Positions 13,581 through 26,619 of a DNA stretch of 64,000 bases are shown here, piece by piece. Source of the DNA: Lytechinus pictus (Eukaryota). Every line of letters begins with the position of its first letter. Position 1 is the first letter of the stretch. Position numbers and translations under genes: made by a program. Location of the stretch: assembly GCF_037042905.1 (NCBI RefSeq), contig NC_087251.1, positions 2,544,001-2,608,000 on the forward strand. The letters run 5' to 3'. The notes beneath the pieces are model-generated. The model saw only the letters and a program-made list of their open reading frames with translations. It ran no database searches and was not told the origin of the DNA.

Positions 13581-14850
13581 ATCACATCCTGATTAAAAAT
13601 GTTGTTGCCAAAATCAATTTTTTTTTTGCATATGTTATATTTTAACCTTATGATAGGGTTAAATAATCTTCAGAGACTGTTTATATTGCTAATGTAAACC
13701 AATAATGTATTATGCTTTGACGAAGTGACTATAATGATATAATCTGAAGAGGAGAGGGCCTTCAGAGAACGTACATTTTTTTCATTTATCTCGTCAAACA
13801 ATATTAAGAACTTATTTATTTCCCATTAGTGATTTCAAAAGAATTTTCTAATTTATGTTTAGTAAACCCTTAATATTACACAAGATGTGGAATGTTTGTA
13901 AGACCCTTTATGCATGTATATATTTTTCTATAGGTCTTACAGATTAAATCCATATCAAGGTTCTTAACAGAGTAAGAGGATAACAGGGGAGGATTTTTAC
14001 TCTCTCAAAACAAACAATATTGCTTATTCCTTAAATCACAACAGTTTGAATAAAACATTTCTGGACAGTAGTTCTTTTCCTGAAGGCATATATATATTAA
14101 AATGACCTTTTTATGTACAAAGGTATGAGATGGTAGACTATGTTTGTTTATGGTATGGTTCATTCCTTCTAATTACTGGTGTCACATTGACATTCAAAGA
14201 TTTATATCTGTGAGTAAAAAAAGGAGTGTCAAAGAATTATTAATGGACAGCTAAGAAAACGAAAGAAAGAAGCAATAAAAAGAGAGGATAGGTTGCAGGA
14301 TAAGTTTTACTTTTTTATGAAGTGGGATTTTATGAATATCATAATTGATTCAGATTTGTACTTTCAAAAATCATTTTTCATCTTCCACATTATGCAACAT
14401 AAGCACAAAGACAACAAATTAGTATACCTGTTGATAAAGTAGAAATACAAATTTTTCTTTAATTTCTTTGGAAAGACAATCTATCATGTGACTGTATTCT
14501 GAGTATTAGATTTACTTCCACTTATACCTTTCTGCCAAGTATGTGACCCCTAGCTAGATATTAAAGGGGGGGGGGCTTATGAAATGGGACAGGATTTTCC
14601 ATGACTATTCTGGTATGATAAGTATTAGTACTATTCTCCATTGCGTTCTTCCCTATATTATATCCTATAAGCTACGTGACATCAACAATGGGCATGAGCT
14701 TATGAGCATGAGACAGGTGCACTAGAAAGGTACAGCATCACAAAAAAGTTTGAAGAAAAACAAAACCAGCTTTGATTTTGATAGATGACTGCAGTTGACA
14801 TTCACAGGTGCATTCCAATACATATTTCGACTCTTCTCCTTTCTTTCTAT

Positions 14851-15037
14851 CTTCTTCTTCCTCTTCTTCCTCCTCTTCTTCTTCTGTTTCTTCTTCTTCT
14901 CCTTCTTCTTCTTCTTCTTCTTCTTCTTCTTCTTCTTCTTCTTCTTCTGCTTCTTCTTCTTCTTCTTCTTCTGCTTCTTCTTCTTCTGCTTCTTCTTCTT
15001 CTGCTTCTTCTGCTTCTTCTTCTTCTGCTTCTTCTTC
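14851..15037. repeat. Imperfect (CTT)n/(GAA)n microsatellite with CTG interruptions
   Basis: Directly visible; it produces the poly-E/K/L/F/S ORFs in the track. Confidence 0.98.
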
Positions 15038-18000
15038 ATTCTTTCCCGTCTTTATCTTTATCTGTCTTTTTCTTTTAATCACGACTCTGCTGTATATTTG
15101 ACATGTGGAATGGAATGGAATAGAATAGGTTTCAGCCTATGACATGCCTAATTTATAACTAATGAATTTGATTTATGATTTTCATCTTTCCAGAATAAAA
15201 AAACAGGTGCATTATAATCTAAGTGATCATAACAATTGTATCCAAAATAGATTATAGAAGATGGATGGAAATGAAAATGGAAGTTCGAAATTTAGGTCTT
15301 AGAATAACCATGCTTGGTCGTCTTGGAACCAAAATACTTTCATTTTTAGGAGTTAGTTAAACATGATGCCTCACATTTACCAGTTTAAGAAATGTGAGGC
15401 TGTATGAAGTTCTTTTTAGCATTGCATGGGTTAAACCCACACCTGCAGCAGTATAATGTTCAAGGGATCATTGCATCAATAATACTGGAAATTTCAATTA
15501 TTGCAAAGGAAGACTAAAAAGAGAAATTATTGCTCAATACTTGTTTATCTTTCACGACTTTGACCTTTACACCGATCTCATATCTCATTCTCTTCCTATC
15601 CCTATTTTTTCTCTTGTACCTTTCCTAGCCATTATTCTATCCCTTTGGGCAATATTTCTTTTCAGCATATTTGCTCAAGTTTTATGTTTGAACGGAGGAA
15701 AAACATATAAAAATTGAACTGATCAGATTATTCTCTCTCTCTATCTATTTCTTTCTGTCTCTCTTTCTCTCCCTTCCTCTTGTCAGCATGTCTGTTTGAT
15801 CAGTGCAACTTTGCGAAATAATTTAGTAGCATTTAGGAAGCTTTCATTTTAAAGATAGGGGTAGAAATCTATTTCTAATCTTGATGTAATGATGTGGGAG
15901 TTGTCTCTAAATCACATAAGTCATATAAGAGGGAATGTGTGAGTAATATTATATAAAATCATGTATTTGTTTGAATTTAAAAAAACATGATGAAATGCAC
16001 ATTATTGCTCCAATCCCTTGAAACTTTGTTGTTTATTTAATGTGATGACATGATAAGCTGTTTGTTGATGTTTTATTTTGCAAGCAACAAAAAGTCACTT
16101 TCATAGAGCACAGTGGTTCAATATATCCAATTGCCATATCATGTAATATATATTCTCCAAGATGCTCTAGGCATTGCTCAGCAATTATCGTTTTGGTTAT
16201 TAACCGATCTGGAACAATTAAAGAAGTAGTTTGAATATCTTTCATCAGAGTCTGGGTGTTACTTCTCCCTGTTATATACTGACCATATGGTTGCCTTGTG
16301 ATCAGTGATTTAATGATGAAAGCTCAATCACTAAACTTTTATACCTCTTGTTTTTCAATGGTAACTTTGCATGTATAACAAAGCTGTCAAATTAAAAATG
16401 GTACAAACTACCCCCATGTTTGTTATGGAGCTGCCCCTAATTGTCAAAATGGTAAGACTTGATCATGTTGAATGCACACACTCAACTGATGTGTCAATAG
16501 ATAGTCTAAAGTACCATTAAACAACCCAAAGTCTATATCAATACTATATATTTGATTTGTGTCCAATGTTTGTCTTTATTTGTCTTGATACTTGGGAATA
16601 GGCTCCAGTAAAGTCTTTTTTCACTATTACAAAAATATATTGCAATGGACTTTAAATCATTATTTGATTTTCAATAATAAGTTACATAACACCTGTACAA
16701 CAAATTTATGAAAAGGGTTCACAACTTGCATGCTTGGTTTTTATCTTCAATAATATAAAAAGGGATTTTTTTTTTTTTAACTTGTCAAAATTATATGAAA
16801 TATTTTATACACTGTCTTTAGTTGAGATGGAGAAAAAAAACTGATCATACCTAATGTATGTATTTTTGGAACTATGAAATAAAAATGATATCACAAAACA
16901 CTTGGTCAATATTGTAGATTGTGCATGAGTACCATGTAATATTCCTAATTTTTTCAAAAATGTAGTGGCCATTGTACTTTTCTTTTTAACTACAGATTCT
17001 TTTTGAACATTTGAATTTTTAAACTGTTTTATGCTTTAGCCTCTACCCTAACTCTCTTAGTACAACTAAGCTATATTTTGTATGATGAGATATTGAATAA
17101 AGTTTTAGTGATTTCATAAGTCCTTATGACAAGACTAGCTTAGGGGGAGTTTCCTGTATTTGCTGTGAACACAATCTTGCAAAACAAAATAGAAGGGAAA
17201 AAGTGTTACAAAGCTCACAGAAAGAGAACCAGAGAGAGAGAAAGAGAGAAGGAACCATACAAACAATGGAATAAACACTGCTTGACCCAGATAATAATTG
17301 TTCTGGATCATTTACATTGTTCAAAACAATTAACTGCCATTTTAGAAAAGTGTCATTAATTTTAATAACAAGCTCTTTTTGAAATCTTGGGCTTTTTTTT
17401 CCTTCTTCATTTTAAAATGTTATAGAAAAAGTGAACATGACAAAATGTGTGTTTTATTGTTTGTTTCAGATGATATATTTATAAATTTTCAAGGACCAAC
17501 AGGTGTGAAGAACATTCACAATTTCGCAATATCTGCCAGAATTTTGCATCCATGTTCCTTACCAAATAACAATATAAGAAGAGGTCTGTTAGCAAATGAG
17601 GGGACTGTATTTATGCGTACAACTTCAAAAGGATTTTCCTGCAGTGTAAATGAGGCTTTTTTTTTTCAATTTTCGGGATTTTGCAGGGTTTTGCATCCAA
17701 TGCTATTTGAAGTTTTTATTTTTTTATTCCAATGTATATTTGTTTTTGGCTTTTGCCATTGTTATTATTCACATGTAATGCATGATTAATCAGCCAGGAT
17801 GTAATTTTTGATTATTGGAAATCCAGTTAAATTTGCTCAATAGTACTGATTAATGAAGGATGCAATGATTCTAGATCTTGGTGTGTGATATAATTCACTA
17901 CTAGTATACCCCATTTACACCACCGACTCGTTCACAGTCCGTTTCTGTTAAGGTTCAGCAAAGAGTGATTGGATTGTTCAATTCAGTACTATCTCTACTA

Positions 18001-18291
18001 TTTAATCTCTTTTTATTTAGCTCATTGTTAATTCCATCACAATAACTTGATTTTATTTGCTAATCACAGATTTAAAGGAATTATTGGAATTTGAAATTAA
18101 CTGAAATTAAACTAATCTTAACTACAATCACTAGATTTCATTCCTTATGCCTGTACCCCCACCATAGATGCTTGATGTTTGCTGGTCGTCTGTCCATCCC
18201 CCAGTCCTGTTTTCATTTTTCCCCTAAAAAATAATTTGGCTTTTGGAAATAGGAGAAATGATAATCAGATAATATCAGGGATTAGGGTCAT

Positions 18292-18960
18292 CAATGGCAT
18301 ATTCAGCCTCACATTTTGAGAGGGGAATAAAATTTCAACAAACAAAAATTTTGAGTGAACAAAGTGAGGTAGTAAAAAATTTGACAGAAATCTAATTTTT
18401 TGGATAGATTTTGACAATTGATATGTGTAGTGAATAATATCATATTCCACCCTTTTTCCTTTCATTTTTTTCCTTTTCTCCTTTTTATTTCTTGGTTGTA
18501 GATCTTTAGGGAGGTAAAGTGCCAATTCGTCCACTGCCAACTCGTCCACTCACCATATGGTCTACCTTCATTTAGTCTAATGCCATTCTGTCCATCAACA
18601 TTTGATCTAACAACCATTTGGTCCAATCATCAATTTGTCTTATCACCATTTTGTCTATTACCATTATACTATTTTGTCTAATAACCAGTTGGTCTAATAC
18701 CCATTTTATTTTCATTCACTTTGCCTAGTTAACACTTAAGTTTAATTAGACCAAATGGTATATGAACTAAATGGCTATTGAACCAACTGGTTATTAGACG
18801 GAATGGCATTAGACTAAATCAAAGTAGACCATGAGGTGAGTAGACGAACTGATGATAGAGCAAATGGTAGCAGACGAGTTTGCAATTGGACGAATTGGCA
18901 TTAGACGAATTGGAAATAAGGAGACCATGGCCCCCAAGCTCCTCCATCTATATGCCAGTG
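18292..18960. mobile_element. Decayed hAT-type MITE (CAGTGGCGTA-like termini) hosting a foldback insertion
   Basis: CAATGGCATA ... TATGCCAGTG termini; flanks AGGGTCAT and AATGTCAT (6/8 match, degenerate 8-bp TSD). Confidence 0.6.
18513..18919. mobile_element. Foldback-type palindromic element built from ~15-16-bp subrepeats
   Basis: Left arm TGCCAATTCGTCCA/CCAACTCGTCCA/CCAT-TGGTCTA units mirror right arm TAGACCA-ATGG/TAGACGAACT/TGGACGAATTGGCA units. Confidence 0.85.
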
Positions 18961-19379
18961 AATGTCATACATGTAAGAGTGATAATGTTATATTCTGATG
19001 CTAAAAGGGTCAAAGGTCGATTGAGTTCAATGTACAAATGAAGACCTGAGAACCATTTGATAGTACATCTTTAACCTGTTCTTATTAATGCATATCATAT
19101 TGAGATTGATCATATTGATGGCTTGATGGGTTAGGTTAAAGGTCATGTAGGTCAATTTGGTTTTAAGACAAATGCAATCTGTTTTATTTCTACTGCCTTT
19201 AGTTTATTAGCATTTAGAAAATATACCTTGCAAATGGAATGATAAAACTATTTTTAAAATGAGACTAAAACATAAGAAAATGACAGTAAATAGCAATGAG
19301 ATAGGATTGTCAATATGACTCTGGTGTACAAATTTTGTACAGTTATTCTATATAATACAGGATATGTTAAAATATCAAG

Positions 19380-19607
19380 TAGATTGTTTCAGGTTTTCGC
19401 AAATTATTTGATTGATAGATGTAGTTTTACCATGTTCTTGTACGTGTCGTAGTTATTACCTTTTGTTGTTACTATAATACTACTATCATAGGACCCCATT
19501 GGAACTAAGCCACTTGGCTTTCATGTGTTATCCTGTCAAGGTATTCTATCCACATATTGTATCTTATATCTTGTGATATTTTTGACAAATAAAATCAATC
19601 AATCAAT
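19380..19607 (+). mobile_element. Probable 3' end of a CR1/L2-group LINE (left boundary approximate)
   Basis: Short stem-loop AAGCCA-CT-TGGCTT, then AATAAA followed by an (ATCA)n tail. Confidence 0.5.
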
Positions 19608-20698
19608 AGGACTATCAGTTCACGTCATGAAGTCAATTGCAATTAACAGATATTGAGTAAAATGGGGATTTTCACACATAAGTCCCATGAAAAAAATATA
19701 ATTCTAATTATCTGCTACTATACCTTTACACATCTCTAGTAGGTCCATGCACACACAAAGTCTGTAAGATGATGAACTTGATATGAATGTGTTTACATGA
19801 GGTCTTGAAAATAATCTGGTTACTTTGTGATGACTTACAATAACCGGGGTAACATTAATGATGTTCCATTTCATTAGAGAAGAGGGGTCATTGAAGACTA
19901 ATCACTTCTTAAAGGGGAAGTTCACCCTAAGTTATTTTTGATACATGCAGACAAATTTAGAGAAACCTCTTGCTTGAAGATTTGACAAGAATCCAGAATA
20001 ACAAGAGAAATCCAAAATGTGTTCGTTTAAGTCAGGAGAGTTATGAAGAGGTTAAAGCTACTGCAGATATTTTCCTTATATGAGGCAATTGATATACACT
20101 TGAATAATTCCCATTGTGTTAGTTAGCTTCAGCGTTCACAGGATTCATGATGTATTTCTTTTTACTTCTTCACCTGGGTGGAGAGTGTCAAATGTTGGAA
20201 TCGCAAAGCCCTTCTGCGTAGTAAGGGTGCATGTGGAGTTTAAAGAAAAATAAATACGGAGATCTTGTTTTGATCTTATTGGAATGAATATTTAAATTAT
20301 AATGTGATTCCAGTCTTTATTGACACCTTGTCCATGATCTAATTTCTGATTCAACCTGATTTCTATTATCTGTCTGGTCTACCCCAAACAAATCTTTTCT
20401 TTCATTCCTGAATGAAATAGAATCAAATATTGACACCCTGAACTGCCTATTTGACTTTGGTCAAGACAGTCAATGTAAATCAACAAAGTCGTTGTGAAGT
20501 TAATGAAATACAAAGATTTGAAAAGTTGCCTCTGCTTTGAATAGTTCTTCTCTGACTTTTGGCAGGAAAGCCTCTGGGACTTCTATTATCTAAAAAGGAA
20601 GAAGTTTGTTTGAGAACAAAATAAGAGTATGTTTGCTTTCATTGATCTACCTCAAACAGTATGACAAGATTCTTTTTTTTAATATTTTCATTCTATTG

Positions 20699-20742
<44 letters not shown>

Positions 20743-21195
20743 CGCCTTTCTCTTTTTAATGTAAAATCAACTGGCTTTTTGTTTTATAAACTACCAAAAT
20801 TGTGGACAACAGGTCTTATGAACTAACAAAAAAAGTAATTTTTACATTTTTTATGGATTTAGAAATCACATACCTAAATCTATCTAATCACTCAAATGAT
20901 CTTAGGTTTGAAAGCTTATAAATCTGATTTGTTTAGATACACACATGGGTTGAAAGAAGCCTTATAAATTCTTTCATGAAAAATCACTGATAATTCTCAT
21001 CTGTGAAGATGTGAATTTACAAATAAAAAAGTTTTAAAATGTTTTTTTGTGTGTGTGTTTTGGGGATTTTTTTTGCTCAAGAATGAGTTATTCACAAAAA
21101 TAAATCTAATTCAGAGCAAAATAATTTTCTTGCTGATTGATATCCATATTAAAAGTATGGTCTTTTTTTAATGAAGCATTTATGCAAGTAACAAA

Positions 21196-21664
21196 CCGCC
21201 CTTTCACACGATATAAAAAAAAACGTAATTTGAATGATGATTCCAGTGAAAAACAAGGCTAATGACGAATTTTTAGCATGTGTGAAACCAAACTAGAATC
21301 ATGAAAGCTAATCACAATCACGGATTCAAATTTTTCTCTGAAGGTGAAGTCCAGTTAAGTGTCACTCAAATTACGGTACAAATTTTGCGTGTAAAAGGCT
21401 TGACCTCCAAAACATCTTTTTTGGGGGCGGAGCTTATGTGACCTTTCAAGCACTTCCGTAGATAATACAATTATCATGCACTTATCGTAGTTTGTATCAG
21501 CAATGCTGTGCTTTGATTGACAAGTCACCAAGGGCACATACCTACCATCTTCGCTCGGGAATTCAAATCACAGATTTCGAGCGAGCTTGTGAAAGGTCCG
21601 ATGATTCTAAAGTCAAATTGCAATCATTCCAATAATGATTCAAGATTCACATGTGAAAAGGCCC
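21196..21664. mobile_element. Decayed MITE, probably PIF/Harbinger-type
   Basis: CCGCCCTTTCACACG ... CATGTGAAAAGGCCC imperfect TIRs, AAA on both flanks, AATCATGATT-like subrepeats. Confidence 0.6.
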
Positions 21665-21750
21665 AAAGTCTCACTGGAAATGACACTTCAAACATGGAAT
21701 TTGCCTTAAAGAATGTTTTTCTTGTTTTCACTTTTATAAGATGGGTTTTA

Positions 21751-22328
21751 GAGCCTGTTCAGACCGGCAGAGATAGCGCGATCTAGCGCGCGCTAGATCG
21801 CGCTATCTCTGCGGTGTGGAAGGTACAACGTCGTTTCGGTCCGCCCAACAGCGAGCCACGGCGAGCCAAAACGGCGTGCCACTGGAGCACCTCTTGGGGG
21901 TGGTCCACGAGAGATATCGCGGTCTAGCACGCGCTAGATCGCGCTATCTCTGCCGGTGTGAACCCGAGCTACGATAGCACGCCGGAAGTCATCGTTCTAC
22001 ACGCGGGGAATTTTATACTCATTCTATTAGAAATACATGCACAATGTATACAACGCCATGAAATAAACGTAGGCCGGCTAGCATAATAGGCACAGCGATA
22101 TCGAGCTCTCAACTAACTAGTACGGGTTCGTAATAGCGCGCGAAATCTTTGACCGCTCTGACCTCATGACGTCACGCGTCATGGCAACAGGACCTCTCAA
22201 AAAAGGGGGTGCTACGATAGACCGCGCTATCTCACTGCGGTGTGAATCCGGCGAATGCCAATGGGCGGACCGTGGATCGCGCTACGATAGCGCGATCCAC
22301 GGTCCCCCCTTGCGGTGTGAACAGCCTC
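21751..22328. mobile_element. Young CpG-rich PIF/Harbinger (Tourist-like) MITE
   Basis: GAGCCTGTTCAGACCG / CGGTGTGAACAGCCTC TIRs, TTA TSD (21748-50, 22329-31), multiple internal palindromes. Confidence 0.9.
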
Positions 22329-22710
22329 TTAGAGGGCTTAGTACTAAACCTCAAAGAGAATAGTGTCAATAGCATATTATTTGTTTCTGTGGCTTAAGCT
22401 GTTCTTTTCTTGATCTGTTTTGTCTGCATTCCTTCATGTAGTGATTGGTTATATGTCTATGTATTTGTATTTTTAGAATCATTGTATTCTCTTCTGTATA
22501 AATACTTGAAAAGTTAAAGTGCATGCACTGAAATGGGAATAAGATATGTTACACATTTTAGTCAAAAGTGGGAGGACTGTGTGCTGGATTCATGTAACAT
22601 TTCTATCATCTTTTTCTTTTCTTTCATTCTCTGTTGCTTTTGGTATATAAGGGAGAATTTATAAAGCTATATTTTGATTTTCGCTTGAACTTGATGGCAA
22701 ATTGAAGAGT

Positions 22711-22922
22711 CCAGTGCTGGCTGCACAGAAACGTTGTTAGCCGAACTAGCCGAACTAACAGTAAGCCCAGTCACAACTTTTGGATTGTTAAGTCAAAACA
22801 TTTAATTCAATGTGTAAGTAATGTATTGTAACATTAGGCATTGCTTCCATATTGCAGATTGTAACAGGCCCTCTGTTAGTGTACTGTTAGCACTAATAAC
22901 ATTTCTCTGCGGTCAGTACAGG
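22711..22922. mobile_element. Short MITE with ~30-bp imperfect TIRs
   Basis: CCAGTGCTGGCTGCACAGAAACGTTGTTAG vs CTAATAACATTTCTCTGCGGTCAGTACAGG. Confidence 0.75.
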
Positions 22923-23042
22923 TCATTTACATGTCTTAATCATTAATATTCTTGTAAATTTTGTAATTGGTTTATTTTGTAAGTAGTTTATTCTCATACA
23001 GTATTTTTCGCATAGAATGTAGACTAAATTATAAAGATAATG

Positions 23043-23400
23043 TTCAATTCGATTCAATTCAAGACTTTATTCTAGACACAACTGCATAAGCAGAGGTCCA
23101 TATAAACAAACATCATAGTATACATCAAGACAGACATACAGAGATAAAACTAGATTAAACAAAGAAGAGATAATTATGTATAAAGAGTAGAACAAGGTAT
23201 AAACTAATCTCACTAAAATAATACCAGAAATTAACAATGAAAAAACAAAACAAGATGACAGCAATGTATAAAAAGTACAATAGAAATATTTATAAATGGC
23301 AATATGAGTAACTTGTTTCAATAAAAGACAAATATACGGAACTATTACGTAATGATAATAAAATTAATAACAGCATAATAATGAAAATAATAAATTTGAG
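23043..23400 (-). mobile_element. Probable LINE 3' UTR/tail (right boundary approximate)
   Basis: Minus strand: T-rich stretch, then AATAAA followed by a (TTGAA)n tail. Confidence 0.5.
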
Positions 23401-23481
23401 TTTGTCCTGCCTGATTCAGTTTTGTCATATAAATATATTTACAAAATACTAAATCATGTAACTGCTATATCCTGACATCTC

Positions 23482-23520
<39 letters not shown>

Positions 23521-24188
23521 CTTTTAGTCACCTTGTGTGCATGAAGCCCAGTCCTTTTTTTCCCACACTGTGTTTTTCCCCTAAATTTTTTGTACTGTTC
23601 ATACAACTCCACAAGCATTGTTTAGGAATTTCCCCCAAGAAAATCACATCTACAAAATAACAAGGCAAATCTTCTTTTATTCTTCTTTGCATTTGTAAAG
23701 AGAGATAAACTGCGATCTCCTATGTAATGCTCTTGTTGATAGTTCTCTTTAGAAATGGGAAGGTTTTATTCAGAATAACAATAGGTCTATTCAGACTTAC
23801 CTATGCTGTAGACGTTTGTTGTTTGAAGTAAATAAGGTCCCGTTAAATGCAAATTACCTCTCTTTTTTGTCAGCATGCTATAATTCCTTCAGGGACCATC
23901 AAAGATCCATCATCTTTGCAGTGAAAATGTGGTACTATTTAGTAAGCTTTAAGAGATCTATGAATACTGGTAATGACTCTCTATACAGACATGAGGAGAG
24001 GCTAAGTACCTTGATGAGAGACATTACTTGCCTTTTGCATTTCCTCTGTAAGAAATTGTTTGACACTGGGATGTAGGGTTAGGCAGTCTTCTCCATGTTG
24101 AAAATAGGAGTGTTATGACCCTGATCGAAACTTTAATAATTGAACAAGTTTTTAAGTCAAGTCTAGCACAAAACACATTCAACTCCTT

Positions 24189-24303
24189 GGTCCCATAATG
24201 CAAATGTTAGCGATTGAACATACGCTTGATTTTTAGTCAGTGCAATCTATCATAGAAATATGTTCTATTGTGATTGCTAAGCTTTGTATTTTATGTTTTG
24301 ACC
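24189..24303. mobile_element. Decayed ~130-bp MITE, inverted relative of 33098-33227
   Basis: Shares TTAGCGATT..CTTGATTTT..CAATC-ATCATAGAAA..ATTGCTAAG with the reverse complement of 33098-33227. Confidence 0.6.
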
Positions 24304-25919
24304 AGGGGGGGGGGGGGGTCTGTGCCTACTGTCTCATAAGCAGGTGTAATCCCAAAGTGAATGATATAAGATGAGTGGTGGGGAAAAATCTTGAAGACTA
24401 AAAATACTTTACAGATTATATCATTTTAGTTTAGAGCGCTTATTTTGAGAGGGATTAATTCCCTGTCTGTTTCAGGTTAATGACAGTGAATGACTTTGGA
24501 CTGACCAGGAAAGGTTGTACGTTACACTGTATGTCATCTACACAAGATCTTAAGTCATTTTATACCCTATAAATGTAGTTGGGTTGGTCTGAATTTGTTG
24601 CCAAATAGATTCAAAATATAAACCAAATTTTGTTCAGGTGTTTCTCACCCAATGATTGATGATAAACAGATTAGGTTTGTCAGGTCCTTTGGTTTGTTTT
24701 TACTTCTCCCTCTTTATTATCTTTTCCTTTTTTATTGTGTGTAATTTTTATATTTTCAGAATTATTTCTTACATCTCTCCTATCTTTGACATATTACTTT
24801 CATCCCTTTGTCATGAAATGTCTTTATTTCTGTTTCTCAATTCCTCACTCACTTGTTATTTTTGTTAAGTATTTGGAACAACTTAATGGCTCTTTAATGA
24901 TTCAGTACTTATACTTATCAAAGATATTTCCACAGTCACTGATTGAATCGTTAGTAAGCCCTACAGAAGAGTGCCCTAGATCTATATAAGAATATCTGAA
25001 TCAGAAAGGGGATTTCTGTAGAAGCAAAGAATATTCAGAATGCACCAACCTAAAATTAAGTAAACTTTTCAGCCTTTCCCTTTTGAGAAAGAATCATGAT
25101 GAAAAATGGATGATTGAAAGATTCTTATTAGAGGGGATTAAAACAGGAGATGGTATTCTGACATTATTGAGGTACTAAATAACTCCATTTCTGAGAATGT
25201 TTTGTTCAATTTTCTTGCAGACTATCTTCTTGAACTATAACCACTTTCCTGTGAAAAACAGGTAGAAGAGGATTACAATAATCTGAGTTTAGCGTTAGGA
25301 GATGACATAGATGTGCTAAAATCCTTGGGCTCAGAATCTCTACAATAAAGCTGATGATTGCAGTTTCACATTTTACAATCCTCACATTAGCCCCTAAAAA
25401 CACTGAAAAATATAAATTGGCAATGGAATACACTCATTGAGGTATATCATATTTTAATTAGAAGGACTAGTGTATAAGTGTTCGCAAGGTTATTTGTGAT
25501 GATAAACCAAGAGCTTTATTTTGAATAGAACATTCATGAAATTTAAACCAACCTATTCTTACACAATTTCATTCATATGGTTTCCTATATCTTTGAATGT
25601 TCCAGTTGTTAACATTTTCTTCATATCTTTTTATAAGGATTAAAGGGTCAAACAAATTTTGTCCACTGTAAAAAAATATATATATATATGAACAAACCAA
25701 AAATGAAACTCTTGTGTTATTTTTTGCTATTTTGTTTGTTCTCATCTCCTTAACATTACCAACAAATTAAAAAAAAATTATGAATTTAATGTTAATGTTT
25801 ACATTATTATTACCATGAATTATTTATTCATAGGAGTAAGTCAATATAGTCTCTCTTTCATCTATTTATTCCTGAATAGTTCAACTACATCTAAACTGCG
25901 CCAAGAATATGATTATGTT

Positions 25920-26557
25920 TTCATTCATCATGCAAGGTGATAAAACTGACCGTTAGTCCAGAGAGTTCTGTTTCCAATGTTGTCAACAGTATGTGTGATC
26001 CAAGCACAGACACAGACTCTTGTTTTTCTTCTCCAAGTTGTACCTTATTCTTGAACTTCTTGAGGATCAAAAGAAGAGTGTTCAAGATTGTTGAAAGAGT
26101 AGGTCTCTGCTCACACTTTTCACAGCTCCAAACACGCTTCCTACATTCCAAGCACCTGACAGGTTGTACTTGTTTTCTTCCCTTTGTTATTCTTTGTCGC
26201 ATCATATGCAGCCACCGGTGTGTGTTAAACTTCTGAGGACAATTTGATATTAGATAAACATCCATACCCTGGAACTTGTTGCTGCTTTATATATCTCTGT
26301 ATTTCAGTTTACTGTTTACCGAAGTCCTAGCATAGCGTGAATTTTCACACTATTGTTGTCAATTCATTATGTAGATGAATACTGTCTCTCAGCAGAAGTT
26401 TAGTCATATCTTTACTGTCTATTCACCTACAACTGGGAGTTCATATTGTATTGCGCAATGTTGTTGCCGAATTCCCCTGAATCCGTTTAAGTGCCAACTT
26501 TTACTGGGACTGCTATAGATGTATGAATAGAGTAGTAAGATGTTCTCATGCCCTCCC

Positions 26558-26619
<62 letters not shown>

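Noticed and set aside
14722..15142. Five overlapping ORFs of poly-E/K/L/F/S
   Set aside because: All are readings of the (CTT)n microsatellite, with no flanking coding signal.
19000..19160. GGTCAAAGGTC motifs as nuclear-receptor sites
   Set aside because: They resemble an eroded fragment of the HINE 163-bp unit, which contains AGGTCAAAGGTCA.
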